This document shows, in pieces, positions 27,716-36,382 of a stretch of 64,000 bases of DNA; position 1 is the first letter of the stretch, and the number at the start of each line of letters is the position of its first letter. The position numbers and the translations under genes are program-made. The notes below the pieces were generated by a model that saw only the letters and a program-made list of their open reading frames with translations, searched no databases and had not been told where the DNA came from. The DNA is from Acidimicrobiaceae bacterium (GTDB lineage: Bacteria > Actinomycetota > Acidimicrobiia > Acidimicrobiales > RAAP-2): assembly GCA_003161255.1 (NCBI GenBank), contig PMOQ01000056.1, positions 25,599-89,598 on the forward strand. The letters are read 5' to 3'.

Positions 27716-28654
27716 GTGGACGATCTCCGCAACAGACTGGGAGAACTCGGCCTCACCACCGAAGAGGATCCGCCGGGGATTTTCGGCCCCGCGACCCGCG
27801 CGGCCGTCGAGGCGTTCCAACATCGGCGCGGCCTCCGGGTCGATGGGGCCTGTGGCCCCCAGACCTGGAATACCCTGGTAGAGGCCGGTTTTCGGCTGGG
27901 CGAACGGGCACTGTTCCGGGCCTCTCCCATGCTCCGGGGAGACGACGTCGCGGAGCTCCAGCAGCGTCTCGGCGCGCTCGGGTTCGACAGTGGCCGCGTC
28001 GACGGCATCTTCGGCGACCACACGGCAACCGGCGTACTCGACTTCCAACGCAACATCGGCGTCCAGGTCGACGGCGTCGTCGGTCCACTCACGGTTGGCG
28101 AGCTGCTCCGAATGCAGGCGCGCCATCGCCGCACAGAGCTCGTCTCGAACGTGCGGGCGCGCGAGCAGCTGCGGCAGTCCCCGCCGACCCTGGTCGGTCG
28201 TCACGTGGCAATCGGCGAACCCGGAGGCCTTGCCGCGACACTGTCGGCCCTCCGGCGGAACCTCCTCGCCTCGGGCGCTCGCGTCACGGCGATGCACCAT
28301 CCCGATGATTCGATCCAAGCCCGCGAGGCGAATGCGGGCGAGGCCGATGTGCTGATCGGGATCCGGCTCGATCCGGACGCCGTCGGATGCACCACCGCCT
28401 ATTACGCCGGCTACCGAACCGAGTCACCGGGCGGGCGCCGGCTCGCCGAGCTCGTCCAAGAGCTCGTGCCCAGCTCGCTTGGCATCGAAGACGGCGGAAT
28501 CCGCGGCATGTCGGTGCCCCTGCTCCGCGAGACCAGGATGCCAGCGGTCATCGTCGAGCTCGGGCCGGCCGCCGTCGTCGTCGAGCAGGGCCGGGCGCTC
28601 ACCGACGCATTGGCGGCGGCGATCGGGGCATGGGCGCGCTCGCTCTGGGAGTGA
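27716..28654 (+). CDS. CwlM-like protein: two peptidoglycan-binding repeats plus a degenerate (probably non-catalytic) Amidase_3 domain
   Basis: Two PG_binding_1-like repeats (..AVEAFQHRRGLRVDGACGPQTWNTL.. and ..GVLDFQRNIGVQVDGVVGPLTVGEL..). The Amidase_3-like region has both Zn-ligand His positions substituted (VAIGEPGG instead of DPGHGG; LIGIRLD instead of SIHAN), as in mycobacterial CwlM. It lies after trxB-trxA, as in Mycobacterium. Start uncertain; see findings. Confidence 0.75.
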   Translation: MDDLRNRLGELGLTTEEDPPGIFGPATRAAVEAFQHRRGLRVDGACGPQTWNTLVEAGFRLGERALFRASPMLRGDDVAELQQRLGALGFDSGRVDGIFGDHTATGVLDFQRNIGVQVDGVVGPLTVGELLRMQARHRRTELVSNVRAREQLRQSPPTLVGRHVAIGEPGGLAATLSALRRNLLASGARVTAMHHPDDSIQAREANAGEADVLIGIRLDPDAVGCTTAYYAGYRTESPGGRRLAELVQELVPSSLGIEDGGIRGMSVPLLRETRMPAVIVELGPAAVVVEQGRALTDALAAAIGAWARSLWE

Positions 28655-28669
28655 CGGAAGCGTGACAGT

Positions 28670-28689
28670 TTCCGTCCAGGGCGACGGAA
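28670..28689 (+). terminator. hairpin TTCCGTC-cagggc-GACGGAA, 16 nt downstream of the cwlM-like stop
   Basis: 7-bp stem and 6-nt loop read from the sequence. There is no T-tract, so the assignment is tentative. Confidence 0.35.
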
Positions 28690-28728
28690 CGCTGAACAAA
28701 CCCTGAACCAAACGACGAACGGAACAAT

Positions 28729-28753
28729 CCACAACGTCATGCACAGGTTGTGG
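28729..28753 (-). terminator. hairpin CCACAAC-(11 nt)-GTTGTGG downstream of parB, followed on the minus strand by a T-rich tail
   Basis: On the minus strand the stem is followed by ATTGTTCCGTTCGTCGTTTGGTT. It lies 56 nt after the parB stop. Confidence 0.4.
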
Positions 28754-28808
28754 AAGAAGCTGAAGAACTGGTTGAAGGTTGTGACGAACCTGAGACCTGG
28801 GTGACGAT

Positions 28809-29720
28809 TTACTGGCTCGCGGAGCCCACCATGGTCCGGTAGATCCGCTCCAGATCCTCGAGTGTCGCGAACTCCACGACCAGCCGGCCCTTCCGATTTC
28901 TCAGGTCCACCTTGACCCTTGTGTTGAGGAACGCCGCCAGCAGCTCTTCCAACTCGAGCAGTCCTGGTTCCGGGAGACGGCGCGGACCGCTCGCTTTTCG
29001 GGTCGTACCATTGGTACTACCAGGCGTTGGCGCTGGTGAGAGCGCTTCTTGGGACTGGCGGATCTCGTCCTCAACGGCGCGGACCGTGAGGCCCTCGGCG
29101 ATGACCCGGCGGACGAGTGCCTCTTGGAGCGCCCGGTCCGGGGTGCCAAGGAGTGCTCGGGCATGCCCGGCGCTGATCGTGGTGTCGGCCAGGGCACGCT
29201 GGACACCGGCCGGCAACTGCAGAAGGCGGAGCGTGTTGGTAACCGCGGCACGGCTCTTGCCCACCCGCTTCGACACTTGTTCGTGAGTGAACGAGAAGTC
29301 GTCGATGAGCTGCTGGTAGGCGGCGGCCTCTTCCAAGGGGTTGAGGTCTTCGCGGTGCAGGTTCTCGACCAAGGCCTGCTCGAGACTTTGGGCGTCGTCG
29401 GTGTCGCTCTGCGCCAGCACCGGGATGGTCTGCAGGCCAGCCCGCCGGGCGGCCCGCCACCGGCGCTCCCCCGCTATCAGCTCGTACGCGTCGCTCTCCC
29501 CCGGCAGCTCCTTCACCAAGACCGGCTGCAGCACGCCCAGCTCCCGGATGGAGGCGGCCAGCGCCGACATGGCTTCCTCGTCGAAGTAGGACCGAGGCTG
29601 ACGCGTGTTCGGTCGAATGTTCCCGATAGGGACCTCTCGCAGGGCCGAGGTCGTTTGCCCGGGCAGTTCGGTTGGGATGAGGGCCCCGAGGCCCTTACCC
29701 AGACCGCTTCGGCGCGCCAT
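28809..29720 (-). CDS. parB: chromosome partitioning protein ParB
   Basis: MARRSGLGKGLGALIP..., ParB box LIAGERRWRAARRAGL, HTH region SKRVGKSRAAVTNTLRLL. Confidence 0.9.
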   Translation of the reverse strand: MARRSGLGKGLGALIPTELPGQTTSALREVPIGNIRPNTRQPRSYFDEEAMSALAASIRELGVLQPVLVKELPGESDAYELIAGERRWRAARRAGLQTIPVLAQSDTDDAQSLEQALVENLHREDLNPLEEAAAYQQLIDDFSFTHEQVSKRVGKSRAAVTNTLRLLQLPAGVQRALADTTISAGHARALLGTPDRALQEALVRRVIAEGLTVRAVEDEIRQSQEALSPAPTPGSTNGTTRKASGPRRLPEPGLLELEELLAAFLNTRVKVDLRNRKGRLVVEFATLEDLERIYRTMVGSASQ

Positions 29721-31077
29721 CGCTTACCTCCTTGGCCAGTTCTCGGTAGGCCACCGCGCCTCTCGAACTGGGATCGAACACCGTGATGGGCTGACCGAAG
29801 GACGGCGCTTCGGAGAGCCGGACCGTTCGCGGGATGATGCTGCGGCAGACCACTTCTTTGAAGTGGCTCCGCACCTCGTTGGCCACATCGATGGCAAGGC
29901 GTGTCCGTGCGTCGAACATGGTCAGGACGATCGCGCTGATCTCGAGGCCCTTGTTGAGGTTCGAGGCCACGAGCTGGACGTTTCGGATGAGCTGGCTCAA
30001 ACCCTCAAGTGCGTAGTACTCGCACTGGATCGGCACGAGAACCTCTGACGCCGCGGCCAAGCCATTTATCGTCAGGAGCCCCAGCGAGGGCGGGCAGTCG
30101 ATGAGGACGAAGTCGAAGTCGTCGACGACGGTGTCGATGGCTCGCTTCAGCTTGAGTTCTCGGCTGAACGCGCTCACCAGCTCGATCTCGACACCGGCCA
30201 GGTCGATCGTGGCCGGGGTCACGAAGAGGTTCTGGACGCTGGTTGGTTCGATGCAGTCTTCGATCGGAGCGTCTCGCATGATCACGTCGTACATCGAGGA
30301 TTCGAAGTTTCGGGTGTCGATGCCCAACCCGCTCGTCGCGTTTCCTTGAGGGTCGAGGTCCACCACGAGCACCCGATAGTCGAGCTCCGACAGGGCCGCC
30401 CCGAGGTTGACCGTGGTCGTGGTCTTGCCCACGCCTCCCTTTTGGTTCGCGATTGCCATCACGCGAGGAAGCGAACGGGTCTTATGGACGCCATTGGAGG
30501 TCGGAAGCTCGCCGAGCCGGCTCATGGCCATTTGTGCCCTCTCGGCGAAATTGTCCCGCGGTGCGCCTTCGGGTTGGGCCTCGTGTACAGGCTCAAGCTC
30601 CGGCACGGCCACGGCCACGGCCGTGGCACCAGTTTCGCTCTCCGACCCGTCTTCCCGGGAACGACGGGCCGGATCCGTTGGCAGCGGGACCAGCGGGGTT
30701 TCCGCCTCCGTCTCGTTCTGGTAGAGGGCTGCGGTGGGGGAGTCCACCCGGGTTGAGCTGGGGCTTTCCCCCTCGGGGGCGCTCTCTTGGGTTGGCGGTT
30801 CGAGTATGAAGTCGACCGGCGATTCGGCGGATTCGGCCTCCATCACGTCGGCACTCAGCGCCGGTGGCCCGGAGGTGTCCGTTTCAGGTTCAGCGGCAGC
30901 CGCCGTTGCGGGCGGACCGGGTTGTGGGTCGTGGTCCTTCTCGAGGTCCGGTTCCGGTCCGAGCTCCGGCGAGGCATTGATCTCTAGCTCTGGATCAGAT
31001 TCGTCGAAGAAACGCTCTTCGACCTGGAGGTCCGGTTCCTCCGGCCGTTCGTCTCGGTCGCGTCGCCGAAAGCGCAT
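29695..31077 (-). CDS. parA: chromosome partitioning ATPase ParA/Soj with an ~200-aa acidic, proline-rich N-terminal extension
   Basis: The core begins near residue 205 (RVMAIANQKGGVGKTTTTVNLGAAL, deviant Walker A) and runs to the C-terminus. The upstream 200 codons are in frame without a stop. An alternative start is ATG 30531 (MAMSRLGEL). Confidence 0.85.
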   Translation of the reverse strand: MRFRRRDRDERPEEPDLQVEERFFDESDPELEINASPELGPEPDLEKDHDPQPGPPATAAAAEPETDTSGPPALSADVMEAESAESPVDFILEPPTQESAPEGESPSSTRVDSPTAALYQNETEAETPLVPLPTDPARRSREDGSESETGATAVAVAVPELEPVHEAQPEGAPRDNFAERAQMAMSRLGELPTSNGVHKTRSLPRVMAIANQKGGVGKTTTTVNLGAALSELDYRVLVVDLDPQGNATSGLGIDTRNFESSMYDVIMRDAPIEDCIEPTSVQNLFVTPATIDLAGVEIELVSAFSRELKLKRAIDTVVDDFDFVLIDCPPSLGLLTINGLAAASEVLVPIQCEYYALEGLSQLIRNVQLVASNLNKGLEISAIVLTMFDARTRLAIDVANEVRSHFKEVVCRSIIPRTVRLSEAPSFGQPITVFDPSSRGAVAYRELAKEVSDGAPKRSG

Positions 31078-31163
31078 CAGGCCGTCTCTAGCAACACGAT
31101 CACGGCCCTAATCCTCGTCTCCTGTGTGCGTGGGGTCAAGCCTATTCGGGCGATTCCGGGAAC

Positions 31164-31179
31164 TGCTTCACGTGAAACA
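31164..31179. promoter_or_regulatory. parS site TGCTTCACGTGAAACA (15/16 to the TGTTNCACGTGAAACA consensus)
   Basis: Read directly from the rsmG-parA spacer upstream of parA. Confidence 0.8.
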
Positions 31180-31210
31180 TGTGCCGTGGTGACCGCGCCA
31201 AGGGCCGGAA

Positions 31211-31226
31211 CGTTTCACGTGAAACA
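31211..31226. promoter_or_regulatory. parS site CGTTTCACGTGAAACA with a perfect 14-bp palindromic core GTTTCACGTGAAAC
   Basis: Read directly, 47 bp from the first site. Confidence 0.9.
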
Positions 31227-31291
31227 TCCGGTCCGGCACGTTGCGGCCACCCGGCCACCCTACGGGCCGAACGGAGCCTCGCGAGCACCCT

Positions 31292-31930
31292 CTAGAAGAG
31301 GGGTCGTTTCCTCGGCACCCCGACCCGGCGGGGGTACCGGTCCGGGCACGGCGACGCCTGCTTGAGCAACGCAAAGCGGGGGTCGACGGGGGTCGACGAG
31401 GTGGACTCGAGGCCCAACAGCGCCAAGCCCGTCACGGGCCATCCAGCGTTGCCACGGGGCTCCGGGGGTTCCGACACCACGAGGATGCCCCCGACCCGGA
31501 GAAACGGCGCAGCACACTCTGCGGTCTCACTGGGGGTCCCGAATGACCGGGCCGTCACCACGGTGCAGCGACCCCGCAACTCAGGGTCACGGCCGGCCAC
31601 CTCAGCGCGCGTCCCGACCACATCGACCCTGGCTCCCAAGCCACACCGATCCACCGCCTCCTCCAGGAATGCAGCGCGTCGGGTAGAACCCTCAACCAAG
31701 CTGACCCTGAGCTCGGTCCGGACAGACGCCAGCACCAGCCCCGGCAGGCCACCCCCCGCACCCAGATCCACGAGGTGATCTTCCCGATCGAGCGCCCTCC
31801 CGCGGACGTGGGCGATTACCTCCGAAAAGCGGAGCGCTTGCGCGACATGCCGACCCAACGGACCGGGGCCGATGAATCCCTGACCCTGCGCCTCGGCAAG
31901 AACCTCACGTACCACCTCCGGCGCGGCCAC
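31292..31930 (-). CDS. rsmG: 16S rRNA (guanine527-N7)-methyltransferase RsmG (GidB)
   Basis: HLVDLGAGGGLPGLVLA SAM motif, about 212 aa, in the canonical position between jag and parA. Confidence 0.85.
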   Translation of the reverse strand: MAAPEVVREVLAEAQGQGFIGPGPLGRHVAQALRFSEVIAHVRGRALDREDHLVDLGAGGGLPGLVLASVRTELRVSLVEGSTRRAAFLEEAVDRCGLGARVDVVGTRAEVAGRDPELRGRCTVVTARSFGTPSETAECAAPFLRVGGILVVSEPPEPRGNAGWPVTGLALLGLESTSSTPVDPRFALLKQASPCPDRYPRRVGVPRKRPLF

Positions 31931-31959
31931 AACCCAACCGGGACCCGCCCCTCAACCCT

Positions 31960-32913
31960 CTAGCTCTCCGGGGCGATCACCACGTGGCGGGCCGAGTCTT
32001 CGCCCTCGGACCGAGTCACCAAACCCTCGATCTCGTTAACGGTGTCGTGAACTACCTTGCGGTCGGCCGGCGACATGGGTTCCAGCACCCGCTCATCGCC
32101 CGATGCAAGGACCTCGTCACAGACTTGGCGGGTGAACCGCTGCAGCGCCGCCACCCGTCGTTGCCGGTAGCCGGCCACGTCCACCACGATGCGGTCCGTC
32201 CTGGTCGGGAAGCGATGCTGCACCACCGTCCTGGTCACGTCCTGCAACGCAGCCAAGGTGGAGCCTCTCGGGCCCACCAGCAGTCCGAGCTCGTCGCCGT
32301 TCGCCGCAACCTCGACGGTGTCCTCGTCAAGCACGCGGGTCGAAACCGACGCCTCGTAGCCATAGACCTCAAGCAAACCCTCCATGAAGTCCTTGGCCGC
32401 TTCGGCCTGCTCCTCTAGCGTCACACCTTCGGCCATCTCGGCCTCCTTGTCCTGTCGAACTTGATCGCTGCGTTCCGGTCGGGGCGCCCTTGGCGTGGAT
32501 GCCGTCGAGCGTCCGTTGGGGGACTGGCCACCTCCGCCACGCGACCTCGACCGATTGCGGCGGGCCGAACTTGCGGTGGGCGAGCTCTCTGCGGCCTTCT
32601 CTTCCGATCGGCCCCTGGCCGGTCGGTCTCCCGGCTGGCCGTTACTTGAGGGTCTCTGGCGATCACCGTTGCGCTGCGGGCTCCTGTCCGAACCGGAGCC
32701 GGTCTTGCGGGGTCGCCGCTGGCGCTTCGGCCTGGCCCCAACGGGTTGCACTCGGGCCCGGACCCGGGCCTCACCCCGCGTGCGTCCGAACAAACCCACC
32801 TTCGGTTCGGATAGCACGATGAGCTCCGCATCGGCTTCGGCGACACCAAGCTGTTCAAGCGCGATTTCTTTTGCCTCATCGAGCGTTCTGCCCGAGATCT
32901 CAACCCACTCCAC
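31960..32913 (-). CDS. jag: Jag/KhpB-type RNA-binding protein (Jag_N, KH, R3H) with a long basic disordered linker
   Basis: MEWVEISGRTLDEAKEIALEQLGV (Jag_N). The C-terminal KH/R3H region ends ...DRKVVHDTVNEIEGLVTRSEGEDSARHVVIAP. Confidence 0.85.
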   Translation of the reverse strand: MEWVEISGRTLDEAKEIALEQLGVAEADAELIVLSEPKVGLFGRTRGEARVRARVQPVGARPKRQRRPRKTGSGSDRSPQRNGDRQRPSSNGQPGDRPARGRSEEKAAESSPTASSARRNRSRSRGGGGQSPNGRSTASTPRAPRPERSDQVRQDKEAEMAEGVTLEEQAEAAKDFMEGLLEVYGYEASVSTRVLDEDTVEVAANGDELGLLVGPRGSTLAALQDVTRTVVQHRFPTRTDRIVVDVAGYRQRRVAALQRFTRQVCDEVLASGDERVLEPMSPADRKVVHDTVNEIEGLVTRSEGEDSARHVVIAPES

Positions 32914-32916
32914 TGA

Positions 32917-34008
32917 TTAGCGTGCCTTTCGCGGTCTCTTTCCTCGCGCACGTTGTTGGGAAGGGGTCGCACCATTGGTACTACCAGATCCGTTCGTGTT
33001 CGAGTTCCCCTTGCCGTTCTGTGCGGCAGCGGGCTTCGGCTTCGGCTTCGACCCCGCCCCGGGGGCCTTCGGTGTCGCCTTGGGCGGAGTGGCGGAGCCC
33101 GTGTCTTCGACCAACGCCGGGGGGGGGGCGGCGATGGCCGCCCTCTTTGCCCCACCGATGGTGCGTTCCGCTCCGACGGGCTGGACCATCCCGGTCCGGA
33201 ACATGATCTCTTGCGTCAGGATCCTGATCAGAGTGGAGACGATCATATAGATCACTACGGCAGCGGGAATCAAGAAGTAAATGTAGGCGAACAGAATTGG
33301 CGTTACCTTCTGTATCGTCTGCATCTGCTTATTCGCGGCAGACTGCGGGTTCCGGCTGTTCATCTGCCGCATCTGGAAGTATTGCAACCCAACTGCCAAG
33401 CCAACGAGGACGAAATAGGGCGCTCGTTGGCCGGCACTCAGGCCATGGGCAAAAGGCTTGTCAGCCAAGTTGACCCCGAACGAGACCATCTTGCCGCCGC
33501 TGCTGATCAGGTTGTGGTACATCTTCTCGACCAGCGAATAGGTGGTGGCGTGGGCCGCCGGCTTCGGGATATACCTGGGTGAGACCGTGGGCTTGCCCTT
33601 GACAAGCACAGTCGTCGTCAGCCCCTTGATCGTGTCATAGAGAATGATCAGGAAGGGCATTTGCAAGAACAGCGGGAGACAACCACCAGCGGGATTGATT
33701 CCCTGTACCTTGTACAGCGCCATCATCTCTTCGTTGAGCTTCTGGCGGTTCTCGGCTCCCTTATATTTGGCTTGGAGCTTCTTGATCTCCGGCTGCAGTC
33801 TTTGCATCGCGATCATGGACTTCGTGCTCTTCACCGTTAGCGGCGTGAGGAGCAGCATGATGATGACCGTGAGCAGGGCAATCGCGATCGCGTAGTTGGG
33901 GATCAACCCGTAGATGAACGCCAGCACCTCGCCGATCAGGCGGAACAGCGGCTGGAACAGCTCGCCGATGGCGTGGAACACACTGTTTTCCGCGAAGAGA
34001 GTGCTCAT
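32917..34008 (-). CDS. yidC: membrane protein insertase YidC
   Basis: Internal start [22 protein letters not shown]... [32 protein letters not shown]...[19 protein letters not shown] is the 60KD_IMP signature. ATG 34008 overlaps the yidD stop (ATGA). Confidence 0.9.
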   Translation of the reverse strand: MSTLFAENSVFHAIGELFQPLFRLIGEVLAFIYGLIPNYAIAIALLTVIIMLLLTPLTVKSTKSMIAMQRLQPEIKKLQAKYKGAENRQKLNEEMMALYKVQGINPAGGCLPLFLQMPFLIILYDTIKGLTTTVLVKGKPTVSPRYIPKPAAHATTYSLVEKMYHNLISSGGKMVSFGVNLADKPFAHGLSAGQRAPYFVLVGLAVGLQYFQMRQMNSRNPQSAANKQMQTIQKVTPILFAYIYFLIPAAVVIYMIVSTLIRILTQEIMFRTGMVQPVGAERTIGGAKRAAIAAPPPALVEDTGSATPPKATPKAPGAGSKPKPKPAAAQNGKGNSNTNGSGSTNGATPSQQRARGKRPRKAR

Positions 34009-34259
34009 TGCCGGTGGCCCTCGTCGACCCGGATAGGCACCAGGTCCACGCCCCGGCCCCCAAATGGATGGCAGCGCGCCAGGCGTCGGACCGCCAGCCA
34101 ACCTCCATGCAGGGCCCCGTACGTGTCAATTGCCTCGGCGGCATAGGCCGAGCACGAGGGCCAGAACCGGCACGGGGAGGCATGGCCCACGCGTAGGCCC
34201 TGGTAGATGGAGATCACAGACAGCGCGGCCCGCTTTGCCGAGATTCGGTCGCCCATCAT
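34005..34259 (-). CDS. yidD: membrane protein insertion efficiency factor YidD
   Basis: [48 protein letters not shown]. 84 aa. Confidence 0.85.
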   Translation of the reverse strand: MMGDRISAKRAALSVISIYQGLRVGHASPCRFWPSCSAYAAEAIDTYGALHGGWLAVRRLARCHPFGGRGVDLVPIRVDEGHRQ

Positions 34260-34600
34260 CGGGTCCCCTTGGCCGCTGCCGAGCTCATGGCTGAGCCTAC
34301 CGTCGAGGCCAGATCGCTGAAGCCCAGGTTGACCGCGGGTGGATCTGCGATGACCAGGTAGCAGCCGGGAGCGAGCTGGGTCTGGCCGACGACCGCCCGG
34401 AGGCGTCTCCGCAGGCGGTTCCTCTCTACGGCATTGCCACAGCGGCGCCCAATTGCGTAGCTGACCTGGGGGAATGGATCGGATAAGATCGGAGGGACCC
34501 AACTCACCCGGAGAGGCCCGACCGCGGCGCGGCCGGCCGGCCGGCGAAGGGCGACGAAACTGCTCCGATGGCGGATGCGCCCGACAGAACGTGAGGTCAC
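34256..34600 (-). CDS. rnpA: ribonuclease P protein component
   Basis: 114-aa basic protein with [14 protein letters not shown] (RNR motif), between rpmH and yidD. Confidence 0.85.
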   Translation of the reverse strand: MTSRSVGRIRHRSSFVALRRPAGRAAVGPLRVSWVPPILSDPFPQVSYAIGRRCGNAVERNRLRRRLRAVVGQTQLAPGCYLVIADPPAVNLGFSDLASTVGSAMSSAAAKGTR

Positions 34601-34607
34601 GGCATCC

Positions 34608-34742
34608 TCAGACGGTCAGCCGACGGCGCCCTTTGAGCCGCCTGGCCCGCAGGGTCGCCCTGCCTCCTCTGGTCGACATCCGCTTACGGAACCCATGGGT
34701 CTTGGCCCGCTTCCGGGTGTTCGGTTGGTACGTTCGCTTCAC
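34608..34742 (-). CDS. rpmH: 50S ribosomal protein L34
   Basis: GTG start giving (M)[43 protein letters not shown]. 44 aa, with AGGAAAGG upstream. Confidence 0.9.
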   Translation of the reverse strand: MKRTYQPNTRKRAKTHGFRKRMSTRGGRATLRARRLKGRRRLTV

Positions 34743-34927
34743 GTCCGGTAGGCCTTTCCTGGTCCCCCGACGGCGCAGCGCCGTCGACCGGGGATACCGC
34801 TGCCAACCCGGCGAGTCGATGGCCGGGCTGAGGGAATCGTGTCCTTCAATGCTAGGCGCGATTCGCGTATCGCCACTAGTCGCTGCGGTCACAACGGTGT
34901 ACGTTCGAACGACCAGGTAGCGACCTG

Positions 34928-34959
34928 TGTTCCACACCTGTGGACCACGTTGTGGACGG
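34928..34959. promoter_or_regulatory. cluster of three DnaA-box-like 9-mers (TGTTCCACA; TGTGGACCA; TGTGGACGG) just upstream of dnaA
   Basis: Two share the GTCCACA core of the actinobacterial box TTGTCCACA in reverse orientation. One TTCCACA variant is in forward orientation. All read by eye. Confidence 0.55.
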
Positions 34960-34987
34960 TCTGACCTGGAGGGGTCCGGAGGAGCAG

Positions 34988-36382
34988 GTGGAACAAAGCA
35001 ATGGGCTGTGGACGCGCTGTACCGCGTCTCTTCGTGAACAGGTTTCGGAGGCGACGTGGCAAATGTGGCTTTCGAGTGTCGAACCGGTCGCCGTCACAGA
35101 TACGGGCCATGACGGGGTGCTCGTCCTCGGGGTCCCGAACTCGGCGGTGCGGGAGCGGGTCGAGAGCCGATTTGTCCCGCTGATCGAGGGCACACTCGCT
35201 TCGATCGCCGGGCAAACCGTCAAGGTCCGGCTCCAGGTGCTGAACGAGGTGCCGCCGCCAGTCCCGGCGACGCACGCACTAAGCGAGCCCACCGCGGTGT
35301 CGGGGGACGGGCGCCGCGACGAGACGGTTGTCGGTGGTCGCCGCGAGACCGCCTCGGTGAGCCTCGATGCCCGGTACAGCTTCGAGACCTTCGTGGCTGC
35401 GTCCTCGAACCGCTTGGCTCACGCCGCCGCGCAGGCCGTCGCAGAGACGCCCGGCCGTTCGTACAACCCGCTCTACATCTATGGCGATTCGGGTCTCGGC
35501 AAGACCCACCTCCTGCACGCGATCGGCAATTACGTCCGCGAGAACTTCCCCAAGCGCACGGTGCTCTACGTGACCACCGAGACGTTCATGAACGACTTCG
35601 TCGACTCACTGCGCATGTCGACGACCATCGCGTTCAAGCGGCGGTACCGGGAGTGCGACGTGCTGTTGATCGACGACGTCCAGTTCATGCAGAACAAGGA
35701 GGGTCTCCAAGAGGAGTTCTTCCATACCTACAACGACCTGCACGGCACCGGGAAGCAGATCGTCCTCACCTCGGACCGGCCCCCCAAGTCGATCGAGACG
35801 CTCGAGGATCGGCTGCGCAGCCGATTTCTCTCCGGATTGATCACCGAGATCGACCCGCCTGACCTCGAGACGCGCCTTGCCATCCTGCGGTCCAAGGCCG
35901 AGGCCGACCACGACGACATTCCCCACGATGTGCTCGAGTTCATCGCGACCCACGTGAAGAACAACATCCGAGAACTGGAAGGTGCTCTCATCCGAGTGAC
36001 CGCGTTCGCGAGCCTCAACCGGGAACCGATCTCACTCCCGCTCGCCGAACGGGTGTTGGCCGACATCGTGTCGTCCGCAGAGCCGCGCCGGATCACCCCC
36101 CAAATGATTCTCGACACGACCGCCAGCCGGTACGGGTTCACCGTCGACGCGATCTGCGGGCCCAGCCGGACACGCCCGTTGGTCACGGCTCGACAGGTGG
36201 CCATGTACCTGACCCGGAACCTGACCGACTACAGCTACCCGGCCATCGCGAGAGTCTTCGGCGGACGCGACCACACCACGGTCATTCATGCCGTCGAGAA
36301 GATCAGCGGTCAGATGAAGGAGCGGCGGCAGATCTACGAGCAGGTCACCGATCTGCTCCTCAAGATCAAGACGGGCACGTGA
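34988..36382 (+). CDS. dnaA: chromosomal replication initiator protein DnaA
   Basis: GTG 34988 preceded by GGAGGA. Walker [22 protein letters not shown], sensor and box VII regions, and the C-terminal DNA-binding helix ([36 protein letters not shown]). Confidence 0.9.
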   Translation: MEQSNGLWTRCTASLREQVSEATWQMWLSSVEPVAVTDTGHDGVLVLGVPNSAVRERVESRFVPLIEGTLASIAGQTVKVRLQVLNEVPPPVPATHALSEPTAVSGDGRRDETVVGGRRETASVSLDARYSFETFVAASSNRLAHAAAQAVAETPGRSYNPLYIYGDSGLGKTHLLHAIGNYVRENFPKRTVLYVTTETFMNDFVDSLRMSTTIAFKRRYRECDVLLIDDVQFMQNKEGLQEEFFHTYNDLHGTGKQIVLTSDRPPKSIETLEDRLRSRFLSGLITEIDPPDLETRLAILRSKAEADHDDIPHDVLEFIATHVKNNIRELEGALIRVTAFASLNREPISLPLAERVLADIVSSAEPRRITPQMILDTTASRYGFTVDAICGPSRTRPLVTARQVAMYLTRNLTDYSYPAIARVFGGRDHTTVIHAVEKISGQMKERRQIYEQVTDLLLKIKTGT

